64,000 nt of DNA, from positions 2,688,001 to 2,752,000 of the forward strand of contig CAVWVQ010000003.1 of the NCBI GenBank assembly GCA_963758525.1. Direction: 5' to 3'. Positions 10,334-18,424 of the stretch are shown here, one piece after another (the stretch's first letter is position 1; each line of letters begins with the position of its first letter). The notes under the pieces were generated by a model that was given only the letters and a program-made list of their open reading frames with translations, was not told where the DNA came from and made no database searches. Source of the DNA: an uncultured Phycisphaerales bacterium. GTDB taxonomy: Bacteria > Planctomycetota > Phycisphaerae > Tepidisphaerales > Tepidisphaeraceae. The position numbers were made by a program, and so were the translations under genes.

Positions 10334-12688
10334 CTATTTCGTCACGCTCAGCACGATCATTCCCACGATGCGCGTGGCGACTTCGGGGGTGTAGCCGACC
10401 ACGCCGTCCACATCTTCGCCAACCAGGCCGTTGGTGAGATCTTCGCGGCTGAAAATGATGGCGTTTTGGTTGTTGATTTTCATGACGCGCAGCCGCAGGC
10501 TTCTGGTCCCGCCGAGCACCTTCTGGGCGAAGGCGCGGTAAATCGGACGATCGCCCAGCCCGGGCGGATGAAGGGGATCGTCATCCGGGATGGTTATTTT
10601 CAGCTGATCCGCCGCCGGACCGAACGCGCTGCTCAGTCCGGTTTCCATGGAATCGGCAAACGCCGAAGAACCTCCGGCCGCGTCGATCAGCAGCGTCCCG
10701 CCGCGGTTGACGAAGTTTTTGATCTCGTCCCACTGCTGGGCGGTGAAGTCCACCTGGGCAGTCCCAGTAAGAGTTGCCAGCTTGAATTTGCCGGGATCGA
10801 GCTGGCCATGTCCCAGCTCGACGGTGGTGAACTTGTCGTCTATTTTATCGACGTCGTGATTGATGGCGGACATGTTGCGCCAGGCGCCGGGCTCGGGGTC
10901 CCAGTTGCCGGCGTAGGAAACTCGCGCGATTTGCAAGCTGCGCGTGGTGGCTATCGCGGGGTTCACCTCAATGTGGATGGAATTCCGCTTGTAGCGGATG
11001 CCGGTGCGTTCGGTGGCATATTCGAGGATGTCCACTCCCATTCCGTAGGGGATCACGTTCCCCTGGTAGGGCACCTGCCAGACGCGTGAGGGGTCCTGCT
11101 CGGGCGCCAGGATGACCAGTTCGCGAACCCCGTTGCTGAGTCCCAAAAGTCTCGGTTTGTTCGGCCATTTCTTCGTCGGGTACTGCTCGTTGGTAAAGAT
11201 GAGATGATTTCCCGGCAGCTCGCGAAATTCGTACCTGGGGAACATTTTTGAGCAGGCGCCTTTGAACGATTGCGTAAAGGATTTGCTGCCGCAGTCGGCA
11301 TTGGCTAGAAGCATTCCACCCTCCTCGACAAACTGGCGGAGCCTGGCGATGTCGCCGTCGCTCAGCGCCAGGGGCAGGGAGCCGGCCAGGTAGACAATCG
11401 GCGCCTCGTGCAGTTCCGCAACTGGCGTGGCGAGGGAGACGATGTTCCATTTGAGCGGGGTTTCCGTCTGGGCCGACATCCAGTGGCTCAGGTTGAACAT
11501 GTCGCGGGGGCGCTGGTTCCAGTGATCGGGCACCGGCTGTGCGCCCTTTTGCGGAGGAATGCTGGCGTAGGTGAGTTTGTCGATCACGACCGGAGCGTTG
11601 CCGTTGCTGAGAAAGAGCAGCGCGAATGCCGTTCCCGGAATGTTGCGGACGTTCATCCCCCAGATCTGTGTTGGATCGCCGAAAGATCCGTCAGGCTTTT
11701 GATCTGACACGAGGTGGTTGGAGCCGCTCTCAAACCAGTTGATGTTGCCGAGATACTTGTATCCCGACGCGACGCCGATGCGCTCGATTCCGTAGAGCGC
11801 ATACAGATGGGCAATGTAGTCGCGGCTATTGCGGTCCCCGGTGTAGATATGATCGAAATTCTGCGTGATCCATTTCATTCCCTGCTCGATATTGGCGTCC
11901 CTGGGGTTGCCATTGCATTCGCGCTCCTCGGCGGCGTGAACATAGTCGTGGGTGATGAACAGCGTGGCGACGCCGGCGCAGGTCATGGGAACGCTATCGT
12001 CCCCCCCATTCCCGCCCCCGTGCATGATGTAGGCCCATCCCCCGGCCTGGCTTTGATGGCGGCGCCACGCCTGGTCCATCGCGTCCCAGGTGGCCATGCC
12101 AACTTCGGCGTCATCCTGCGCCAGCGCCCACAAACCCAGCACCCCATATTGGCTGATGCTGTGGTCGTATGTGTCCGGCGGCATATTCGGATAGTGAAAC
12201 AGGCCGCGCGCCTCGCCTGCTGCTTTGATCAGGCTTGTGAGGTGAGCGGCGTCCTTAACTTCGAGGCTGCGCAACTCCCTGTTCTCGCCAAGGAACGACC
12301 ATATCTGGGCGCGCACGCCCAGAACATAGACATTGTCCGATTTTAGATGCATGAGGTATTGGATCGCCTTCGCCAAGCGCGCCGATGACGAACTCTCCCC
12401 ATCTGCCAGCAATGCGTAAGTTGCGATGGCCGTCAGGCCGCCCTCCGACTGGTGGGGCAATCCCGGATATTCCCAAAGTCCGCTGGGCTGCTGGACGCTG
12501 TACAAATAATCCTTCGCCCGGTTCATCGCGTTGCGGATTTGCTCGTCGCTAGCCGCCGCCGCCCCGGGGGCGATGATCCCAATCGCAAGTAATGCCAGGG
12601 CAATTCTCAGCCGCAGAAAGAAACTCCGACCGGCCGGTTGTGACGTTGACCCAGCAGGGCATCGGGCGGGGAAGGTCTGATCGATCAT
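10334..12688 (-). CDS. DUF4159-domain protein with N-terminal prenyltransferase/squalene-cyclase-like repeats
   Basis: QQPSGLW, SQYGVLGLW, YALYGIERIG repeats; two DUF4159-like domains (FVEEGGMLLANADCG, FVNRGGTLLIDAAGG). Confidence 0.8.
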   Translation of the reverse strand: MIDQTFPARCPAGSTSQPAGRSFFLRLRIALALLAIGIIAPGAAAASDEQIRNAMNRAKDYLYSVQQPSGLWEYPGLPHQSEGGLTAIATYALLADGESSSSARLAKAIQYLMHLKSDNVYVLGVRAQIWSFLGENRELRSLEVKDAAHLTSLIKAAGEARGLFHYPNMPPDTYDHSISQYGVLGLWALAQDDAEVGMATWDAMDQAWRRHQSQAGGWAYIMHGGGNGGDDSVPMTCAGVATLFITHDYVHAAEERECNGNPRDANIEQGMKWITQNFDHIYTGDRNSRDYIAHLYALYGIERIGVASGYKYLGNINWFESGSNHLVSDQKPDGSFGDPTQIWGMNVRNIPGTAFALLFLSNGNAPVVIDKLTYASIPPQKGAQPVPDHWNQRPRDMFNLSHWMSAQTETPLKWNIVSLATPVAELHEAPIVYLAGSLPLALSDGDIARLRQFVEEGGMLLANADCGSKSFTQSFKGACSKMFPRYEFRELPGNHLIFTNEQYPTKKWPNKPRLLGLSNGVRELVILAPEQDPSRVWQVPYQGNVIPYGMGVDILEYATERTGIRYKRNSIHIEVNPAIATTRSLQIARVSYAGNWDPEPGAWRNMSAINHDVDKIDDKFTTVELGHGQLDPGKFKLATLTGTAQVDFTAQQWDEIKNFVNRGGTLLIDAAGGSSAFADSMETGLSSAFGPAADQLKITIPDDDPLHPPGLGDRPIYRAFAQKVLGGTRSLRLRVMKINNQNAIIFSREDLTNGLVGEDVDGVVGYTPEVATRIVGMIVLSVTK

Positions 12689-12787
12689 CGACGGCAGCTC
12701 TCGGTCGCAGGATCATACTTGACAATTGTGGAAGAACGTTCGGGCGTGAATTAACCCGACCGGTCCCACACGGGAATTCTGCAAGGC

Positions 12788-15700
12788 CTATATCCCTGGA
12801 AGTTCTCTGCTCCGCCGGCGGCGGGCGCTCAGCATCGGCAGCGCGCCGGCGAGCATCAGCATCGCCGAGCCGGGTTCGGGAGCGGCGTTGTAATCGAGGA
12901 CCAGATCGTAGGTACCGGAGACATTGACAAACTCCAGCGAGAAGATGCCTGTGGGCGGCGTGGCACCATTAATCGTCAGGCCGCTGCCGAAGTTGGATGT
13001 GTCGAGGGCAAAGACGTTGCTGCCGCTGCCGCTGGGAGTCGTCGTCAGCAGATTTGCGGTGCTGGTGCCGGACGTTGTGGTCAGTGAGCCGGCGGACGTT
13101 CCCGGCAGCGATGGAATGGTGTTGGACTGTCCGATGATCCAGCTATAGGTGCTCGTGTTGCTGGCGGTTGTCAGAGGACTGAGGTTGGCGGCCGCGATCG
13201 TGAACGGCTGATTTGATCCGCCCGACGAGACGGTCAGCCCGCTCATGCTGATGTCGTCCCAGTTCACGCCAGGCGTACCGCTGGCGCCGCTTCCGGGCGC
13301 CGCCGGTGTGGTTCCCAGCGCGGCGATCTTCCATTCGTAGGCCGCACCGCCGTTCCATGTCTCGTTACCCGTGGTGAGCTTTCCCGAGGTGAGGGCGTCC
13401 GCTCCCGCGGTGATGATGCCGCCATTCCTGGCAGCGGCATTTCCGGTGAGGGTGACCGCTCCTTTGACGGTGCCATTTCCACCAAGAATGCCGCCGGTAT
13501 AGGCGGTGCCGTTGCCTATCCCCACCGTCACGCTGCCGTTGCCAGTTGAGCTGGTGGCATTGTTAGCGCGAATTGTGCCAGCCGATATGGTTGTTCCGCC
13601 GGCATAAAGATTCTGCCCCGACAGCGCCATGGTGCCGGCGCCCGTCTTGGAGATTCCCGATCCGCCATTCTCCGCGATCACGCCACTCACGTTTAGATCG
13701 GTTACGGCGGCACCTTTGGCCACGCTGAACCCCAATGTCCCGCTGCGAATGACGAGCGGTGCGCTGATGGTTGATGTCGTGGCACTGGCGTTGGTGGTGA
13801 TCCCGAATCCCGAGCTGAAGTTGTAGCCGTGCATTCCATCGAACGCGCCGGTTTGCGACATCGTTCCGCCGGTGAGCACGAAGTTGGTGATGAAACCGTT
13901 GTTATTGGTGTTGACCGAGTTGTTGAGGGTGCCGCCGTTGATGTTCACCGTGGGCACCGAAGTGCCGCTGCTGTACCCAAGCGCATCATTGGCAGTCAGG
14001 CTAACAACCGCTCCAGAACTAATAGTGAGCGTGCCTCGAATGGTGCCAGCGGAGCCGCCGGTCGCCAACGTCAATGTTCCAGCACTCACTGTAGTCGCGC
14101 CCGTATAACTGCTTGCGCCGGACAGGGTCAGCGTCCCAGATCCGACCTTTATTAACGCGCCCGACGAGCCGTTGTCCTGGATAATGCCGCTGAACGTCGT
14201 GCTCGCATTCAGATTCCCGATAGCGAGATTACCCGCATCCTGGAGATAGCCGAAACCTGCGAGAGAACCAAAATTCACGGTCTCGCCGCCACTGACACGG
14301 AAGCTGGAACTCGCGTTGTTGCCGCTATTGCTGAAGACAACACTCGCATTGGAAAGGTCGAGAGTGGTAGTTGGTGCGAAGACGTTGACAGTTTTTTGAG
14401 TCCCGGCGGAAGTACTGTAGGTCAACGTACCTGTGAATCCGCTCCAGTTCACCCCGCTGCCGAGAAACACGGATAGAGCGGTGCCGCTCGAGTTTTGAAT
14501 CGTCGCACCTCCGCTGCCGGTCAAATTGCCGTTGATGGTTGAACCCCCAATGATGTCGATCGTTGACGAGGTGCCGGCGGCGGCAATGAGATTATTGCCC
14601 AACGTTACGGTGTTCATCTGCAGGGTGCCGCCGCTCAGGGTGACATTGCCTGTACCGAGTGCGGAATTGTTGTTCAATCGCAGTGTGCCGGCGTTGAGCG
14701 TCGTTCCGCCGCTGTACGTGTTCGACGCGGTCAAAATCGCCAGACCCGGACCATTCTTGACCAGGATCGTTGGGTGCGAACCATCAACGATTTGAACCTG
14801 GATCTCGCTGTCCGTCAGCGCTGTATTGGGATTGTAAAGAAATAATTCACCGCTGGTCAGGCCGGACGTGATATTCCCGCTTCCCTTGATCCACTTACTA
14901 TTGGCACCTTGATCGATGAGGCCACCGCTGGCGAGCGTCAGCGCGCCGTTAATCGTTATGTCGCCGCTGCCGTTTTCGATCAGCGTGTTGATCGTTCCGC
15001 CGGTGGTATTCAGGCCATCGCCCACCCAGTTCGCGGTCGATGAGGCGGTTGTTGTCGTGGCGGCGGCCGTGATGGTATAGGTGCCGCTGCTGCTGCCGCT
15101 GTGAGCCCAACTGTAGGTGCTGTTGCCGTTATCGATCACCGCCCAGCCGCCAATCATCCCGCCGTTCACATCCAAACTGGTGGTGGTAATGTTCCCCGTT
15201 GTGGTGAATTTGACGGTGCCGCCGCTGCCCGCGGTCTGCGTCAAATTGCCCAAATTGAGCGTGTCGGTGGAGACGGTGATATTGATAGCGGATTGCCCGC
15301 CCGCGTTGATCGTCGTGGTCGTAAAGGATTGCGAGTTCGTGCCGGCTTTCGAGTAATTGAATGTCCCGCCACCGAAGTTCAGGGCCGTTGAGCTCAGGGA
15401 GCCGGTGAGCGTGAGCGTACCGGCGTTAATGGTGGTAGGGCCGGTATAACTTTCCGTGTTGGAGAGTGTGAGCGTGCCCGTGCCGGTTTTCGTGAATCCG
15501 GCGCCGGAGTCGGAAATCACCGAGGCGATGGTTGCCGTGCCGGCGATGTCAAAGTTACCCCCGGCAGCGAGAGTAAGATTCAAAGTGCCGGTGCTGGCGT
15601 TGCCGATGGCAAGGTTGCCGCCGGATGCGATGTATAGGAGGTCGCCTGCGATTCCGGAAACCGAGTTGTTGCCGCCGTTGAGCGTGATCGTGCTGGTGCC

Positions 15701-16057
15701 GCTGCCGTTGGTGTTGTTGATGCTAAGCGTTTGCGTCGCGTCCAAGTCATTAAGCGTGCCGATGTTCAGGTTGAACGAGGGGGCATTCAGCGTGAATGCC
15801 GTGGGGGAATAGGTGGTATTGGTGAATTGGATGTCATTGGAAGTGAGTGGCGCACCACCACTAAAGCTTCCATTGCTCGTCAAGTCGGCTGAACCGTTGA
15901 GGACGCTGTTGGCCGTGTTCGCGCTCGCTCCCACGCTGCTTACAACAGTGGACAACGTCGCGGCCGCGGCCAGCGAAAGCCGTCTCATTGTCTTGTTGCG
16001 GCGAGCCAATTGGGGGGAAATGGTTCTGCCGCCGATGAATCCGTTGCGAACTTGCAT
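12788..16057 (-). CDS. Autotransporter-associated beta-strand repeat protein with PEP-CTERM sorting signal
   Basis: Repeated KxGxGTLTL..N.Y.G.TT...GTL units; C-terminal APEPGS-TM-RRRR. Confidence 0.92.
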   Translation of the reverse strand: MQVRNGFIGGRTISPQLARRNKTMRRLSLAAAATLSTVVSSVGASANTANSVLNGSADLTSNGSFSGGAPLTSNDIQFTNTTYSPTAFTLNAPSFNLNIGTLNDLDATQTLSINNTNGSGTSTITLNGGNNSVSGIAGDLLYIASGGNLAIGNASTGTLNLTLAAGGNFDIAGTATIASVISDSGAGFTKTGTGTLTLSNTESYTGPTTINAGTLTLTGSLSSTALNFGGGTFNYSKAGTNSQSFTTTTINAGGQSAINITVSTDTLNLGNLTQTAGSGGTVKFTTTGNITTTSLDVNGGMIGGWAVIDNGNSTYSWAHSGSSSGTYTITAAATTTTASSTANWVGDGLNTTGGTINTLIENGSGDITINGALTLASGGLIDQGANSKWIKGSGNITSGLTSGELFLYNPNTALTDSEIQVQIVDGSHPTILVKNGPGLAILTASNTYSGGTTLNAGTLRLNNNSALGTGNVTLSGGTLQMNTVTLGNNLIAAAGTSSTIDIIGGSTINGNLTGSGGATIQNSSGTALSVFLGSGVNWSGFTGTLTYSTSAGTQKTVNVFAPTTTLDLSNASVVFSNSGNNASSSFRVSGGETVNFGSLAGFGYLQDAGNLAIGNLNASTTFSGIIQDNGSSGALIKVGSGTLTLSGASSYTGATTVSAGTLTLATGGSAGTIRGTLTISSGAVVSLTANDALGYSSGTSVPTVNINGGTLNNSVNTNNNGFITNFVLTGGTMSQTGAFDGMHGYNFSSGFGITTNASATTSTISAPLVIRSGTLGFSVAKGAAVTDLNVSGVIAENGGSGISKTGAGTMALSGQNLYAGGTTISAGTIRANNATSSTGNGSVTVGIGNGTAYTGGILGGNGTVKGAVTLTGNAAARNGGIITAGADALTSGKLTTGNETWNGGAAYEWKIAALGTTPAAPGSGASGTPGVNWDDISMSGLTVSSGGSNQPFTIAAANLSPLTTASNTSTYSWIIGQSNTIPSLPGTSAGSLTTTSGTSTANLLTTTPSGSGSNVFALDTSNFGSGLTINGATPPTGIFSLEFVNVSGTYDLVLDYNAAPEPGSAMLMLAGALPMLSARRRRSRELPGI

Positions 16058-16116
16058 GTCTCTCCGCCGGTTTTATTCGAACTGCCCACGGCGATGCACA
16101 ACCCGCCGTTCTCCCC

Positions 16117-16146
16117 TATGTCGCAGGCGGCACCCGAATCGTTACA
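16117..16146 (-). promoter_or_regulatory. Putative ECF-sigma promoter for the PEP-CTERM gene
   Basis: Minus strand TGTAACGATT-N10-CTGCGACATA, twin of the plus-strand motif at 16199. Confidence 0.65.
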
Positions 16147-16198
16147 AAAAATTGAGAATTCGGTTTCCCCGTCAGATTCTTCGCCGATGCCATTTTTG

Positions 16199-16228
16199 TG
16201 TAACGATTGGAAGGTTGGCTGCGACGTA
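16199..16228 (+). promoter_or_regulatory. Putative autoregulatory ECF-sigma promoter
   Basis: TGTAACGATT-N10-CTGCGACGTA upstream of the sigma gene. Confidence 0.65.
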
Positions 16229-16294
16229 TCTGCAGGCAGTATGATGCGTCGATGACGTTGGCCTTGCGTCCCAGAGACGCATTCGAGTGTCCGA

Positions 16295-16819
16295 ATGAAT
16301 GAATCAATCGAGGATGTTGCCAGGAAATGGGCTGCGGCACAGCCGCTGGTTGCTTCGTTTATTTCCTTGATTGTATCGGACTTCCATAACGCACAAGACG
16401 TGCTGCAGGAGGTCGCGGCGGCGGTGTTGTCTCACGACCCATCCCGCAGCGTCCCCGAGTCGTTTAACGCGTGGGTCATTGGGATCGCCCGTCATAAGGC
16501 GTTGGATTTTCATCGCCGTCAGACCCGCGACAAACTGGTCTTTGACTCAGAGGCGCTGTCGATCCTCGCCGAGGTGCATCAGGAGGTTCGCCAGGACCAG
16601 GGGCCGCGCCGCGAGGCCATGGAGCATTGTCTCAAGCGGCTGGCTTCCAAGGCGCGCCGGCTCATCGAACTGCGCTACCAGGATGATATGAAGCCGGGCG
16701 CGATCGCCGGGGCGATGGGGAGTAACGTCAGCGCGGTGAAGGTCGCGCTCCACCGCGTGCGGGCGGCGCTGCGGGTCTGTATTGAGGCGCGGCTCAGTTC
16801 TGGAATCGAGCTGACATGA
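16295..16819 (+). CDS. ECF sigma-70 factor
   Basis: AQDVLQEV, FNAWVIGIARHKALD (region 2); LIELRY..IA..V.VALHRVR (region 4). Confidence 0.93.
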   Translation: MNESIEDVARKWAAAQPLVASFISLIVSDFHNAQDVLQEVAAAVLSHDPSRSVPESFNAWVIGIARHKALDFHRRQTRDKLVFDSEALSILAEVHQEVRQDQGPRREAMEHCLKRLASKARRLIELRYQDDMKPGAIAGAMGSNVSAVKVALHRVRAALRVCIEARLSSGIELT

Positions 16820-18411
16820 AGGACCCGATGGCACTTCTCGACGAACACTTCGACGGCATCCTCGATGAAGCCGGGGCGGCAGAGTTGTCGGCATGGGTGA
16901 AGCAGAACCGTCGCAACGCCCGCCTTCTGGTCGATGCCGCGCGGTTGCACCAGGATCTTCGCGAACTGTTCCTTGGCCGCCGGCTTTTGGAAGAGGCGGC
17001 ATCATCAGGCACTTCGCTCCATGACGCGATGATCCTCCCCGCTATATCGCTTCCAGCCAATGATGAAGCGGAGGCGCAGACCCCTCCGGTGGCAACGGTA
17101 CCGACTCGCATTGAACCATCGACGTCGCGTTTGCGTCATCGGTACTGGAAAATCGCCGCTGCGATCGCGATCCCGATTCTGGCCGGCATCGTACTCTGGT
17201 CAGTCCTTCGCCCCGCCAAACCCGGCGGAGCTCTGGTCGCCAGCGCCTCGGCCGTTTGGGACAATGCAGTTCAGCCACCACACGACGGGCAGCCCCTTCC
17301 TGCTGGACCGCTGCAACTGGCCAGCGGGCTGGCCGAGATACGCCTTAATAACGGCGTTTCACTCGTCGTTGAAGGCCCGGCGCATTTCCAGCTTCAATCT
17401 CAGAACAGCGTCGCGCTTGAACTGGGCAAAATTACGGTAAGCGTACCTGCCACTGCCCACGGATTTACCATTCAGACTCCCTCCTCGCGCACCGTCGATC
17501 TGGGGACAGAGTTCGGCGTCATCGTGGACGACGCCGGAAATACCGAAACGCATGTCATCCGCGGCACGGTTGAAGTAACGCCCACCGCCGGTGGCGCAGC
17601 GCTGCTCTTCTCGGCAGACCACGCGGCACGCGTCGATGTCGGCGCCACTTCGGCGCAAACGATTGAGTGCCACGCGGGGAATTTTGTGCAGGACGTCCCG
17701 GCAATCGACCTTGTGGACGTCATCGCCGGCGGAGACGGGACGCAGGGACGGTCAAATAGCGGGATCGATATGGCCACTGGCAAAGCCTTGCCGGTGAAAG
17801 TCCCGGCAGGCATGAACCCCGGGCCCGAACCAACGATTCGCGGAGACGGAAAGTTCCACCCCTGCCCCTCCCTGCCATTGGGTGTCTTCATCCCGCATGG
17901 TGGGCCGACGCCTGACACAGTCGACGCTGCCGGCCACCAGTATATTTTCCCGCCCACGAGCAACCTTGCGTATCAAAACATTTGGCCCGGATCCGCCCAG
18001 CATCTGCTGGGTGGCGATTCGCCTACCACTGGTATGACCAAAGAGAATGGCTACCCGGCGCCGGGTCACCGATTACTCGAACTTCATGCCAATAAAGGAA
18101 TCACGTTCGATCTCAATGCACTGCGCACCGCTCATCCCGACCGGCCATTCTCGCATCTCGTCGCCCGTTGCGTGAATATGAATGCATATGCCGAACCAGT
18201 GATCGGTGCAATAGTCTCCGATCGATCGGAGCTTTGGATATTTGTGGATGGCGATCTCCGTGCACACAAGCTGATTCATCGCATGGACCCGCCATTCGAT
18301 GTTGACGTTCCCATCGAACCCGCTTCGCATTTTTTGACATTGGTGGTGAGCGACGGAGGAGATGGCTTCGACTGGGACGTGGTGTCGTTGGGTGATCCAA
18401 GGTTAAAATGA
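16816..18411 (+). CDS. FecR-domain anti-sigma factor with C-terminal NPCBM/NEW2-like domain
   Basis: TM helix; GFTIQTPSSRTVDLGTEFGV; HANKGITFDL; FLTLVVSDGGDG..D...GDPRL. Confidence 0.88.
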   Translation: MKDPMALLDEHFDGILDEAGAAELSAWVKQNRRNARLLVDAARLHQDLRELFLGRRLLEEAASSGTSLHDAMILPAISLPANDEAEAQTPPVATVPTRIEPSTSRLRHRYWKIAAAIAIPILAGIVLWSVLRPAKPGGALVASASAVWDNAVQPPHDGQPLPAGPLQLASGLAEIRLNNGVSLVVEGPAHFQLQSQNSVALELGKITVSVPATAHGFTIQTPSSRTVDLGTEFGVIVDDAGNTETHVIRGTVEVTPTAGGAALLFSADHAARVDVGATSAQTIECHAGNFVQDVPAIDLVDVIAGGDGTQGRSNSGIDMATGKALPVKVPAGMNPGPEPTIRGDGKFHPCPSLPLGVFIPHGGPTPDTVDAAGHQYIFPPTSNLAYQNIWPGSAQHLLGGDSPTTGMTKENGYPAPGHRLLELHANKGITFDLNALRTAHPDRPFSHLVARCVNMNAYAEPVIGAIVSDRSELWIFVDGDLRAHKLIHRMDPPFDVDVPIEPASHFLTLVVSDGGDGFDWDVVSLGDPRLK

Positions 18412-18424
18412 ATTAGGTGCATAG

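Noticed and set aside
12788..16057. Internal repeats as a CRISPR array or diversity cassette
   Set aside because: They are degenerate coding repeats of the autotransporter beta-strand motif.
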